Of a stretch of 27,080 nt of DNA, positions 9,435 through 17,355 are shown in pieces. The notes under the pieces are model-generated. The model was not told the origin of the DNA. It made no database searches and saw only the letters and a program-made list of their open reading frames with translations. This DNA comes from a virus (lineage: Duplodnaviria > Heunggongvirae > Uroviricota > Caudoviricetes). Location: IMG/VR virus record IMGVR_UViG_2645728048_000018; one strand, 5' to 3'. The position numbers and the translations under genes were made by a program. Position 1 is the stretch's first letter; each line of letters begins with the position of its first letter.

Positions 9435-10075
9435 TTTTCGGAATACCTCTCCCGTTTACTCAGTTGTTCAGGCAGATGGTGAAGCAGCTCACCGTTGCCG
9501 CAGTAAATGGCGGCATGGTTCGGTACCGAAGCACCAAAGCAGCACAGCAGAATATCGCCCGCCTGTGCAGAGGACAGGGGCACCCGGTAAAAGCCGGTGA
9601 CCGCCATATTGTCCAGGTAAAGGTTCTGACCGTTGCGCCACCAGTCATCCTCGCGATGAAAATCCGGCATTTCAGTCCCCGCCAGATGATAAGCATCCCG
9701 GAACAGTGTGTAACAGTCCGTCACCCCATGCTCAAAGCGCCGTCCTGTCAGATGTGGCACACAGCGGAATTTGTGAATGTCACCCCGGCAGACCAGCCAC
9801 CAGGGCAGTGCGCTTTTTATCTGCAGCCGCCGGTCAGCCTCGCTCAGCCAGGGCAGCCCACCGGGATGACTGTGGACCAGTGCCACAATCTCCCCCTGCA
9901 TCTCTGCCCGCAGCCAGTCTTCCGGTGCGATACGAAAATACGCCTCCGGCTCTGCAGAAATATTCACACAAGGGATATACCACTCCCCCTCCGGCGTGCT
10001 TATCACGAAGCCGCACGACTCCGCAGGCGCACACCGCCGGGCATGCGCCAGAATCGCTGATTCAGTCTGTGTCAT
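9332..10075 (-). CDS. K: Tail assembly protein K (MPN/JAB plus NlpC/P60-like)
   Basis: From the internal Met at 10075, MTQTESAILAHARRCAPAESCGFV...HSHPGG...CYTLFRDAYHLAG, collinear with lambda gpK. The ORF-track N-terminal extension overlaps L and is rejected. Confidence 0.85.
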   Translation of the reverse strand: MTQTESAILAHARRCAPAESCGFVISTPEGEWYIPCVNISAEPEAYFRIAPEDWLRAEMQGEIVALVHSHPGGLPWLSEADRRLQIKSALPWWLVCRGDIHKFRCVPHLTGRRFEHGVTDCYTLFRDAYHLAGTEMPDFHREDDWWRNGQNLYLDNMAVTGFYRVPLSSAQAGDILLCCFGASVPNHAAIYCGNGELLHHLPEQLSKRERYSEKWQRRTHSVWRHRHWHASAFTGIYNDLAAASACM

Positions 10076-10085
10076 AAACCGGGAT

Positions 10086-10784
10086 TTACTGCGAAAGTTT
10101 ATTAATGGAAAGGAAACCGCCAAAATTGCCGACATTCCTGCGCAGTTCACACCCGCGCATGCACTTGCTGCATCTGTCCTTACGGATATCCGTGGTGGGG
10201 TTGTCGAACTCATCCGCCACCGCAGGACCGTTATACCCGCATTCATCTCCCCGGTAATCCCACATACAGGTGTTCGCCAGCATGATGCGACCGGGAAACA
10301 GCGCCCCATCCGTCTCGGTCGGTGTAGCCAGCACAAACGAGGCCGTCATGGCTGTCAGCTGCGACATCTGCTCCACCACCCAGCGGTCACTCAGCTCCTG
10401 CTCCGGGTCCGCCTCCGGATTGCCCGCAACGAAATTCACCGCATCCAGAAAACGGGCATACACCCGGCGGCGGACCACCGTGGCCCCCACCAGACTCTGC
10501 AGGTCTTCCGCCATCCCGGTGACCAGACCGAACAGATTGGACACCGTCAGCGACGGTCTGGCACTGCTGCCCTTCCCGCTCATCTCAAAACCGCTGCCGT
10601 CAATCGGGTATGCCTGATATTGCCGCCCCTGCCAGGTGACCGGCTCCCCTTTTTCATTCAGCTCATTACAGAAAAAATACCGCTCACCGCCCTGTACCGT
10701 CAGGTCGATTTCCCAGAGTACCACCCGCGGTGACTGCTCTGACTTAACCGACTCGTTCAGACTTTCTTCGCGAATATCCTGCAT
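10086..10784 (-). CDS. L: Minor tail protein L
   Basis: 232 aa, MQDIREESLNESVKSEQSPRVVLWEIDLT...GNFGGFLSINKLSQ, near-identical layout to lambda gpL. Confidence 0.9.
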   Translation of the reverse strand: MQDIREESLNESVKSEQSPRVVLWEIDLTVQGGERYFFCNELNEKGEPVTWQGRQYQAYPIDGSGFEMSGKGSSARPSLTVSNLFGLVTGMAEDLQSLVGATVVRRRVYARFLDAVNFVAGNPEADPEQELSDRWVVEQMSQLTAMTASFVLATPTETDGALFPGRIMLANTCMWDYRGDECGYNGPAVADEFDNPTTDIRKDRCSKCMRGCELRRNVGNFGGFLSINKLSQ

Positions 10785-11125
10785 CAGTTCACCACCTGCT
10801 CAATCGTACAACTGAAATCACTGTGCCTGGCGTTATCTGTGACGCTCCACTCCCGGCACACCACCCTCACCGTCAGGTTATGTTTCGGCGGTCGCCACAA
10901 AAAGGCACGGTAACCACCATGCCACGATAAAAATTCATCCAGCCAGCGCCGGGTTGGTTCATCCGTCACCCGGAACACCGCCTGAAACGTCTTCAGTCTG
11001 GCATTAAGTCCCGTCGGTCGGCGCTGTTCATAACCGTCACCAAACCGAACCCTCACCACCGACGGTTTCTCACTCACCTGCATCCCTTCACGCGGGACCA
11101 GATGCAGCGTTTTTATCTCAGCCAC
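10784..11125 (-). CDS. M: Minor tail protein M
   Basis: 113 aa with VRFGDGYEQRRPTGLNARLKT...EQVVN, as in lambda gpM. ATGA overlap with L. Confidence 0.85.
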   Translation of the reverse strand: MAEIKTLHLVPREGMQVSEKPSVVRVRFGDGYEQRRPTGLNARLKTFQAVFRVTDEPTRRWLDEFLSWHGGYRAFLWRPPKHNLTVRVVCREWSVTDNARHSDFSCTIEQVVN

Positions 11126-14100
11126 TCAGCATTCCTCCGTCACGTCGCATGGACAGCATCACCGCCTGCACCCGCTGGTCAATCAGCTGCACAAGACTGC
11201 CTGCCGCCTCCGCCCCTATCTGTCCGTTAGCCCCGTCATTCTGAATGGCGATGTGGTAGACCGGGGAATACACCAGACCGGCACTGCCGTTCATACTGCC
11301 CACCGCGCGTACGCCCAGCGAGCCATCCGCCGCCCGGGTCAGGGGCATAATGGCTTCAGGTCCGGCTTCCCCCATCAGCCCGGCCCCTTTTGCAAACGCA
11401 AAGTACGTGGGCGTGTCCACAATGCTGTTGCTGTACGCACTCAGGTTTGCCGAGGTATACACGCCGCCTTTTGCATTGGCCACCGCACCGCCCAGCCAGT
11501 CACCAATGCTGCCAATAAATCCTCCCGCACCGGACATACCGTTTGCCGCCGTCTTAATTCCGTTGACAATCGCGGCATTCATAAGAACTTTTGAGATTTC
11601 CTGCAGTACGGATGAGGCCCAGTTGCGCCATTCCACTTTGTTTCCGTTCAGCATCTCCGTGATGTTATTCACCATCCCTGAGATACCCTCCGTCGCAAGC
11701 TGTGCTGCCTGTGAGGCGTAATCGGATGCATTGTCCACCCAGTTACTGAGCCCCTCCTGCAAGCCTTTCTGCCAGTCCGCACGCTGCGCATCCGATTCGG
11801 CATAAAAGGCTGCCTGGTCCTTAAGGCGTTCGCTCAGATACTGCGCGTTCTGTGCCCGTGCCTGTCTGTAAAAATCCTCACTGATATCCCCGGTCTGATA
11901 CTGAGACTGAAGGTCCGCATCCTTCTGGCGGAAGCTGTCGCGGATCTGCTGCAACTCCCGCATGCGTTCCCTGGCTCGTTCTCCCTGCCCGTATCCCAGC
12001 AGTTCGGCTTCATTTGATGCACGCGCAGCCACATTATCATTCTTCAGGGTCTCTTCCCGGGATCGCAACTGTTCCCGGATTTTTTGCTGGTCAATCAGGG
12101 CCGCGTTACGCAGCAGTTCCTGCTTCTGCATCTCCGTCAGGGTTTTCAGTTCGCCCTGCGCAGTCTGGTACTTCAGCTTCGCCAGCTCTGTATTCTGACC
12201 CGCCAGTGCCAGTTGCTCTTTCTGCTGCTTCAGTAGCCGGGAAAAACTGTCTTCCGCTTTTTCCGTCTCTGATTTTCCACCCCGGGATTTAGGTTTGTTC
12301 GCCTCGTTATTACGCCAGGCTTCCAGAGCATTACTGATATAACGCTGTCTCGCCTCCTGATACGAATCCCCCACAAAACCAAGGTCATCCGCCGCATACC
12401 CCAGCCGGGCACGCTCTTTTTCCTCCCCCTTCAGTCGGGACAGGGCCAGCTCACGTTCTGTTTTTGTCAGGGCGCTCTGCTGTTTATCATCCAGGGTGGC
12501 CTGCGGCAGCCGTAACGGTACATTCACCAGTCCCTGACGCTGCTGAAGCAGTTCATTCCCCAGCCCCAGCAGACGGTTGAATTCCGTATGCTGACCGTTC
12601 ATAACCAGCATGGACTGGTACACCTTATTCTGCTCTGCCGCCTGCTGACGAATTAACGCCACACGACGGTCTTCCAGCCCGGCAAGCACATCCTGAATGG
12701 ACTGCGCTTTTTCCTGCATCTGTGCCAGACGGGACTGCTCAACGGCAAGCTGCTCTGTTGCCTGAGAAAGCCCTTCCGTCACGGTCTTCACCGATGTCAG
12801 ATGGTTTATCATGAATCCGTCACCGGTTGTCCAGCCAGGGTTAGCCAGAACATACTGATATCCAGCGATTTTTTCCTGCAGGGATTTCACCCGGCTGGCC
12901 TGTTCATCAATCAGCCGGTTCTGCTCTGCCAGCGCCGCCCGTGTTCGTCCTTCATTATCTGAGGCTTCAGGCAAAGACATTGACGGCGTTTTATGCGCGA
13001 TTTCATCTATCGTCAGTGCATACTGGCGCGCTGACTCCCTGGCCTGCTCCTGATTCTGGTACAGCGTATACCATGCTGCTGCCCCCAGCATCACCAGTCC
13101 GGGTACGCCACCAACCAGTCCCAACGCACCAGTCATCAGACGTGAGCCCACCGCCGTTGTACTGTTCAGCTCATTCTGGGCTGCGGTTCTGGCAGCAATA
13201 TTTCTGTTCAGGCGTTCCTGTGTGGCCGCCAGACGGGCTTCTGCAGCAATCTGCATCTCCGTCCCGCGGGCTGCCGCCACAGCCTGCTGTGCACGGTACA
13301 CGGCTGCCCTTGCCCGCGCCGTGGCAATCTGCGTCCCCCTGAGCTGTGCTTCCGCCAGTGCCACTTCATTACGTGCTGCCGTCACAAGTCCTGCCGTGGC
13401 AGACACCGCTCCGGAGGCCATATTGCCAAAGTACCGGGCAACCCCGACGGCAACCAGCGCCCCCGCGGCTGTTGCCACATTATCAATATTACCGGCAACA
13501 CCGTTCAGCACGCCGGAGAGCGTTTTCGTCGCTCCGCTGGCTTCATTCGCGCCACCCACCCAGGCCATAAAGGCGTTTTCCACCTTTGTGATCCCGTCAG
13601 AGACCGTTTCCGGCATGGCGGCATATTCATCACGCAATACCCCCAGCTGGCTGATTAACGCAGGAACGACTTTATCCGCCGTCAGTTTGCCGTCGTCCGC
13701 CATCGCCTTAAGGTCTTTACGGGCCACGCCCATACCCGCAGCCAGTGCACGTACGATCCGGTCTCCGCTTTCATTGACCGAATTAAATTCCTCACCGCGT
13801 AACACACCCTGTGCCAGCGCCTGGCTGAACTGGGTGATCACCGAGCCCGCCTCTGCCGTACTGGCACCGGAGATTTTCAGCCCCGTGGAAATGGCCTCCG
13901 TCACCTTCAGCACATCATCAGCACTGTAACCATATTCACGCATTGAGGCTGCCGAGCGGGCAAACAGGGCCGCATTATCTGAAAATGCCGTGCCCGTCCG
14001 CTGGCTGATATCCATCAGCACTTTCTGTGATGACGAAAATTCATCGGATGACTGCGACGCCTGTTTCAGTCGGGCATTCACGGAACTCCATTCATCGGCC

Positions 14101-14360
14101 AGAGAAATCAGGTGTCCGGTGGCAAAGGCACCTGCAAATGCCCCCGCCGTTCCGGCAGCTGAAGCGCGGATTTCCGTCAACTGGCTGTTCAGCTCAGCCA
14201 GGGCGCGTCGCTGCTCCCGGGCGACTGCGGCAGCCTGACGCCCGCCATTCTGCAGGGTCCGGTAATATTCACTGCCCATGCGGGAAGCCCGCTGGATCTC
14301 CGACTGGAATGACTGCGAATTTGCCGAAATTTTGATAATCAGTTCACGTAACGTCGCCAT
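11118..14360 (-). CDS. H: Tail tape measure protein (gpH-like)
   Basis: 1080 aa, alpha-helical and Ala/Gln/Arg-rich with a Gly-rich C-terminal region. Position between G-T and M. Confidence 0.85.
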   Translation of the reverse strand: MATLRELIIKISANSQSFQSEIQRASRMGSEYYRTLQNGGRQAAAVAREQRRALAELNSQLTEIRASAAGTAGAFAGAFATGHLISLADEWSSVNARLKQASQSSDEFSSSQKVLMDISQRTGTAFSDNAALFARSAASMREYGYSADDVLKVTEAISTGLKISGASTAEAGSVITQFSQALAQGVLRGEEFNSVNESGDRIVRALAAGMGVARKDLKAMADDGKLTADKVVPALISQLGVLRDEYAAMPETVSDGITKVENAFMAWVGGANEASGATKTLSGVLNGVAGNIDNVATAAGALVAVGVARYFGNMASGAVSATAGLVTAARNEVALAEAQLRGTQIATARARAAVYRAQQAVAAARGTEMQIAAEARLAATQERLNRNIAARTAAQNELNSTTAVGSRLMTGALGLVGGVPGLVMLGAAAWYTLYQNQEQARESARQYALTIDEIAHKTPSMSLPEASDNEGRTRAALAEQNRLIDEQASRVKSLQEKIAGYQYVLANPGWTTGDGFMINHLTSVKTVTEGLSQATEQLAVEQSRLAQMQEKAQSIQDVLAGLEDRRVALIRQQAAEQNKVYQSMLVMNGQHTEFNRLLGLGNELLQQRQGLVNVPLRLPQATLDDKQQSALTKTERELALSRLKGEEKERARLGYAADDLGFVGDSYQEARQRYISNALEAWRNNEANKPKSRGGKSETEKAEDSFSRLLKQQKEQLALAGQNTELAKLKYQTAQGELKTLTEMQKQELLRNAALIDQQKIREQLRSREETLKNDNVAARASNEAELLGYGQGERARERMRELQQIRDSFRQKDADLQSQYQTGDISEDFYRQARAQNAQYLSERLKDQAAFYAESDAQRADWQKGLQEGLSNWVDNASDYASQAAQLATEGISGMVNNITEMLNGNKVEWRNWASSVLQEISKVLMNAAIVNGIKTAANGMSGAGGFIGSIGDWLGGAVANAKGGVYTSANLSAYSNSIVDTPTYFAFAKGAGLMGEAGPEAIMPLTRAADGSLGVRAVGSMNGSAGLVYSPVYHIAIQNDGANGQIGAEAAGSLVQLIDQRVQAVMLSMRRDGGMLSG

Positions 14361-14378
14361 TCACCTTTCTCCGGGCGT

Positions 14379-14399
14379 AAAAAAACCGCCTCAGCGGTT
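14379..14399 (-). terminator. Hairpin plus U7 between the G-T stop and the H start
   Basis: Minus strand AACCGC-TGAG-GCGGTT followed by TTTTTTT. The same AACCGC/GCGGTT stem recurs at 22104-22124. Confidence 0.4.
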
Positions 14400-14407
14400 C
14401 TCATCAT

Positions 14408-15087
14408 TCATGACTGTGCTGCGAAGCTCAGCGCGTCTTCCAGCGCCGCAAACGGATCCACCTCCGGCTTATCCTCATCCTCGCCCCAGCAGAGCATGGC
14501 GTCCTTCAGTGCAACATTCATCCCCTGTGCCCCAAAAACCGCTTTCACGATCTGTGCATTACGGATATCCCCGCGCTCATCACCCAGCGGGGATACCCTG
14601 TCGAACTCCATCCACATCATCGCCTCGCTCACACTCAGGCTGTGCCGCAGTTCGGATAAGGTGCGCCCCAGACGGAGCGCAAGTCGCATCAGAAAGCGAA
14701 TTTCCGGGCGGGCTACTTTTTTCTGGCCGACTCTGCATCAGCGATCAGTTCCAGTGCCTGACGCAGCAACCGGGCATGTACCGGACCATAGACGGCCAGC
14801 ACCTGCTCACGGTCGTCCGGAGCGAACACCCGCTGCAGATCCGTATCACACAGGACATCGCAGAACAGCGTCACATCCGCTTCCAGGTTACGGCGGGTTT
14901 TCGCCACCACCGACAGGGTATCGTCATCCTCTCCATCACCATTGAGCACTTCCTGCCACAGATACCAGGCCTCTGCCGAAGGCTCCCGCAGCACCACGCT
15001 GACATTACCCCATTCCGGCACCTTCACCGTTTTATGACGAAACCCTGACAGTCTGGCCAGCGCCAGCGTTTTCAGATCCTTTTTCAT
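14408..15087 (-). CDS. Tail assembly chaperone G-T fusion made by programmed -1 ribosomal frameshift
   Basis: The T-frame ORF (14408..14689, MRLALRLGRTLSELRH...) extends upstream in the -1 frame to overlap the G 3' end. The slippery heptamer A_AAA_AAG (minus strand, plus coordinates 14716-14722) lies immediately before the G stop. Confidence 0.7.
14713..15087 (-). CDS. G: Tail assembly chaperone G
   Basis: Start at the internal Met (MKKDLKTLALARL...), 124 aa, acidic. Ends ...AESARKK with the A_AAA_AAG slippery site in the last codons. Confidence 0.75.
   Translation of the reverse strand: MKKDLKTLALARLSGFRHKTVKVPEWGNVSVVLREPSAEAWYLWQEVLNGDGEDDDTLSVVAKTRRNLEADVTLFCDVLCDTDLQRVFAPDDREQVLAVYGPVHARLLRQALELIADAESARKK
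14716..14722 (-). promoter_or_regulatory. -1 frameshift slippery site A_AAA_AAG
   Basis: Heptamer seen directly in the sequence at the G/T junction, conserved in position with the lambda G-T frameshift. Confidence 0.7.
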
Positions 15088-15101
15088 GATGACCCATCCC
15101 C

Positions 15102-15818
15102 TTATCCGGCGGCTGCGCTCACTGTCACGGTGCATTCAACAGACGTCACACTCTGTGCTTTCTCTGCCGAATCGGTCACCACGCAGGTATATTTCCCCGC
15201 ATCAGCGGACTGCGCTCCTGGCTTACTGAAGGTGTCTGTCGTCTGCCCGTCAACCGGCTGACCATCCTTCTTCCAGGCGTATTTATACGGCGGCGTTCCC
15301 CCGTTGGCACTGACTGACATTGTCAGCAGCGCACCTGTATTCACGGTAAGTGTTTTATCCAGATTTTTCACAAACGCCAGCGGTACCACAAAGGACACCG
15401 GTTTGCCTTTCATACGCAGTGAAAACGTTGCTGCCACCACGCCGTTGGTACCGGATGACCAGGTGTGCTGACGCACTTCCGCCAGGAACTTAAAGCCCTT
15501 ACCGGACGGAAACAGCACCTTAAACGCATACAACGCGTCATTGTCATAGGCATCACGCAGGGCGTTCTGGGCCTGATTCAGATAAAAATTACCCGACATG
15601 GAAATCTCAGACGACGCCCCCAGACCGTTGATGTTCTCCTGCTCGGTGGAGCAGAGCGTGGTCACATCAATATCCTGTTTCTGACCGGCGGTGAACTGGA
15701 CTTCCTTGATGGTGCAGTCCAGGCGCAGATATTCCGCCTTATCCATAGTTTCAGCAGTCGCCGGGGCAGATGAAATCATCACCTGCGTCAGCTGTGAGCG
15801 TTCATACAAAGCAGACAT
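15102..15818 (-). CDS. Major tail protein (non-lambda type) with C-terminal Ig-like domain
   Basis: 238 aa. Position upstream of the G/G-T chaperones. The C-terminal ~80 aa (TLTVNTGALLTMSVSANGGTPPYKYAWKKDGQPVDGQTTDTFSKPGAQSADAGKYTCVVTD) looks like an Ig-like fold. No similarity to lambda gpV. Confidence 0.7.
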   Translation of the reverse strand: MSALYERSQLTQVMISSAPATAETMDKAEYLRLDCTIKEVQFTAGQKQDIDVTTLCSTEQENINGLGASSEISMSGNFYLNQAQNALRDAYDNDALYAFKVLFPSGKGFKFLAEVRQHTWSSGTNGVVAATFSLRMKGKPVSFVVPLAFVKNLDKTLTVNTGALLTMSVSANGGTPPYKYAWKKDGQPVDGQTTDTFSKPGAQSADAGKYTCVVTDSAEKAQSVTSVECTVTVSAAAG

Positions 15819-15834
15819 TCTGCCTCCTGATAAT

Positions 15835-15860
15835 AAAAAACCCGCACGCGGCGGGGTATG
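15835..15860 (-). terminator. Hairpin plus U6 immediately upstream of the major tail gene RBS
   Basis: Minus strand CCCGC-CGCGT-GCGGG followed by TTTTTT, then the AGGAGG RBS and ATG at 15818. Confidence 0.4.
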
Positions 15861-15884
15861 GGTTTTGTAGAAAAAAAGAAAAAG

Positions 15885-16229
15885 TCACACCGTGACCTGA
15901 AACTCCAGGGTTGCACGGTAACAGCGGTTTTCCGGAATATAGTCCTGCATTTCACTGACGGATCCCGGGGCCAGCAGCATTATGGCTTCACGGGCGTCCT
16001 GACGTATCTGACGCGCCTGCGTCACAGTCCCGGCATAAACGTCTATCTGCACCGACACTGAGGACTCCGCCTGCCCGCCCATCACGTCCGCAGACACCGA
16101 TGAAATCAGGCTGAAAACCACCCACGGAAGCGCCACCGACGGCCTGCCATCCAGCAGGGGGACCACATACGGGTACACCTGCCCGCCGGCAAGATGCGCC
16201 AGATGAGGATACAAATCCGCCTCCGTCAT
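15885..16229 (-). CDS. Tail terminator / tail completion protein (gpU-like role)
   Basis: 114 aa ORF in the conserved slot before the major tail gene. The call is positional. Confidence 0.5.
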   Translation of the reverse strand: MTEADLYPHLAHLAGGQVYPYVVPLLDGRPSVALPWVVFSLISSVSADVMGGQAESSVSVQIDVYAGTVTQARQIRQDAREAIMLLAPGSVSEMQDYIPENRCYRATLEFQVTV

Positions 16230-16672
16230 CGTCTCAGTACCTCATCAATGGCCCGGTTCATCCGCGCAATCGCCACCTGAGCTGCCTGTTCACTGCGCAC
16301 ATCAAACGCCGGGCGCACAAACGGGTGCGGTGGCATATTCACGGTCCCCATTTCCACAAACCGCCAGTAGAAAGCTTTGCGCGGGTTATCCGCCTTCATG
16401 GTGTTATCGCTGTTACCGGTGTCCGGATTAACACCACGGATATGGACACCAGATTCCATCCCGCCATCGCGGGAGCGCCGGGAAAGGACCACCACATTGC
16501 GGCGCAGTTTTCCCCTGCGTACCGGTGCCCGTGACACCACTTCTTCTTTCAGCACATTCGCACCCGCACGGGTTGCCTCACGCAGCACCCGGTTATTTTC
16601 CGCACCACTCAGAAGCTGCAAATCGCGGCTGATGTCCTCCAGCCCCGAAAAATCCAGCAGGGTTTCGATCAT
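16226..16672 (-). CDS. Tail completion protein, HK97 gp10-like
   Basis: 148 aa, 4-bp overlap with the downstream gene. Position and size fit the HK97 gp10 family. Confidence 0.5.
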   Translation of the reverse strand: MIETLLDFSGLEDISRDLQLLSGAENNRVLREATRAGANVLKEEVVSRAPVRRGKLRRNVVVLSRRSRDGGMESGVHIRGVNPDTGNSDNTMKADNPRKAFYWRFVEMGTVNMPPHPFVRPAFDVRSEQAAQVAIARMNRAIDEVLRR

Positions 16673-17019
16673 TTTTCCCCTCCCAGCCGACAGAGAATTT
16701 CCAGACGCCCGCCGGTCGCATCCGGCACGGGCAGCCCGACAACGTTCAGGATCCGGTCACGCCATGGACCACTCAGCACATGAAGTCGTGACGCTGCCGT
16801 GATTTCCCGACCGGACTGACCGCGCACCCAGATGCGGATTTCCGCCTGCGCCATTTCCGCACCGGACTGCATCCGCTCCCGGCTGCTCCTGCCTCGGATA
16901 TCCGCATGAATTTTCCCGCATGACACCCATTCTTCCGTCATTTCTCCGGCAGCGTTACGGGTTAACACCGGGTTCAGAACACTTATCATCTGTGTCAGAC
17001 GACCTGCAGATATTGCCAT
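16669..17019 (-). CDS. Head closure / head-tail adaptor protein
   Basis: 116 aa in the conserved position between the connector and tail-completion genes. Confidence 0.5.
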   Translation of the reverse strand: MAISAGRLTQMISVLNPVLTRNAAGEMTEEWVSCGKIHADIRGRSSRERMQSGAEMAQAEIRIWVRGQSGREITAASRLHVLSGPWRDRILNVVGLPVPDATGGRLEILCRLGGEK

Positions 17020-17028
17020 TCCCCCTCC

Positions 17029-17355
17029 TCATAACACCGTCGGACAACGCAAATCGTAAATCAGCACGGAAACAGAAAACGGCAGCTCCCCCTGAAGCAG
17101 TTCTTCCCGCTCCGCAAGATCCGGATTCCGGTACAGCATCCCGGTCAGTCGCATGGCAGCCCCCTTCATCCGGGTTAATGCCTCGCCCGGGATCAGTTCA
17201 CCGTCCTCACGGATCACTTTATCCCGGCTGCCCTGAATGTAGGCCAGCAGCACGGCGGTAGCCTGACGAACCTTGTCCATCAGCATGTCATCATCCGCGT
17301 CATGGTCGACACGCAGATGTGCCTTGATCTCTTCCAGTGTCAGTAATGCCGTCAT
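17029..17355 (-). CDS. Head-tail connector protein (gp6-like)
   Basis: 108 aa, acidic N-terminus, overlaps the portal stop by 4 bp. Confidence 0.5.
   Translation of the reverse strand: MTALLTLEEIKAHLRVDHDADDDMLMDKVRQATAVLLAYIQGSRDKVIREDGELIPGEALTRMKGAAMRLTGMLYRNPDLAEREELLQGELPFSVSVLIYDLRCPTVL

Noticed and set aside
10076-10336. N-terminal 87-aa extension of the K ORF (ORF-track start at 10336)
   Set aside because: The extension overlaps the L coding region and has no homology; the lambda K match begins at the Met at 10075.
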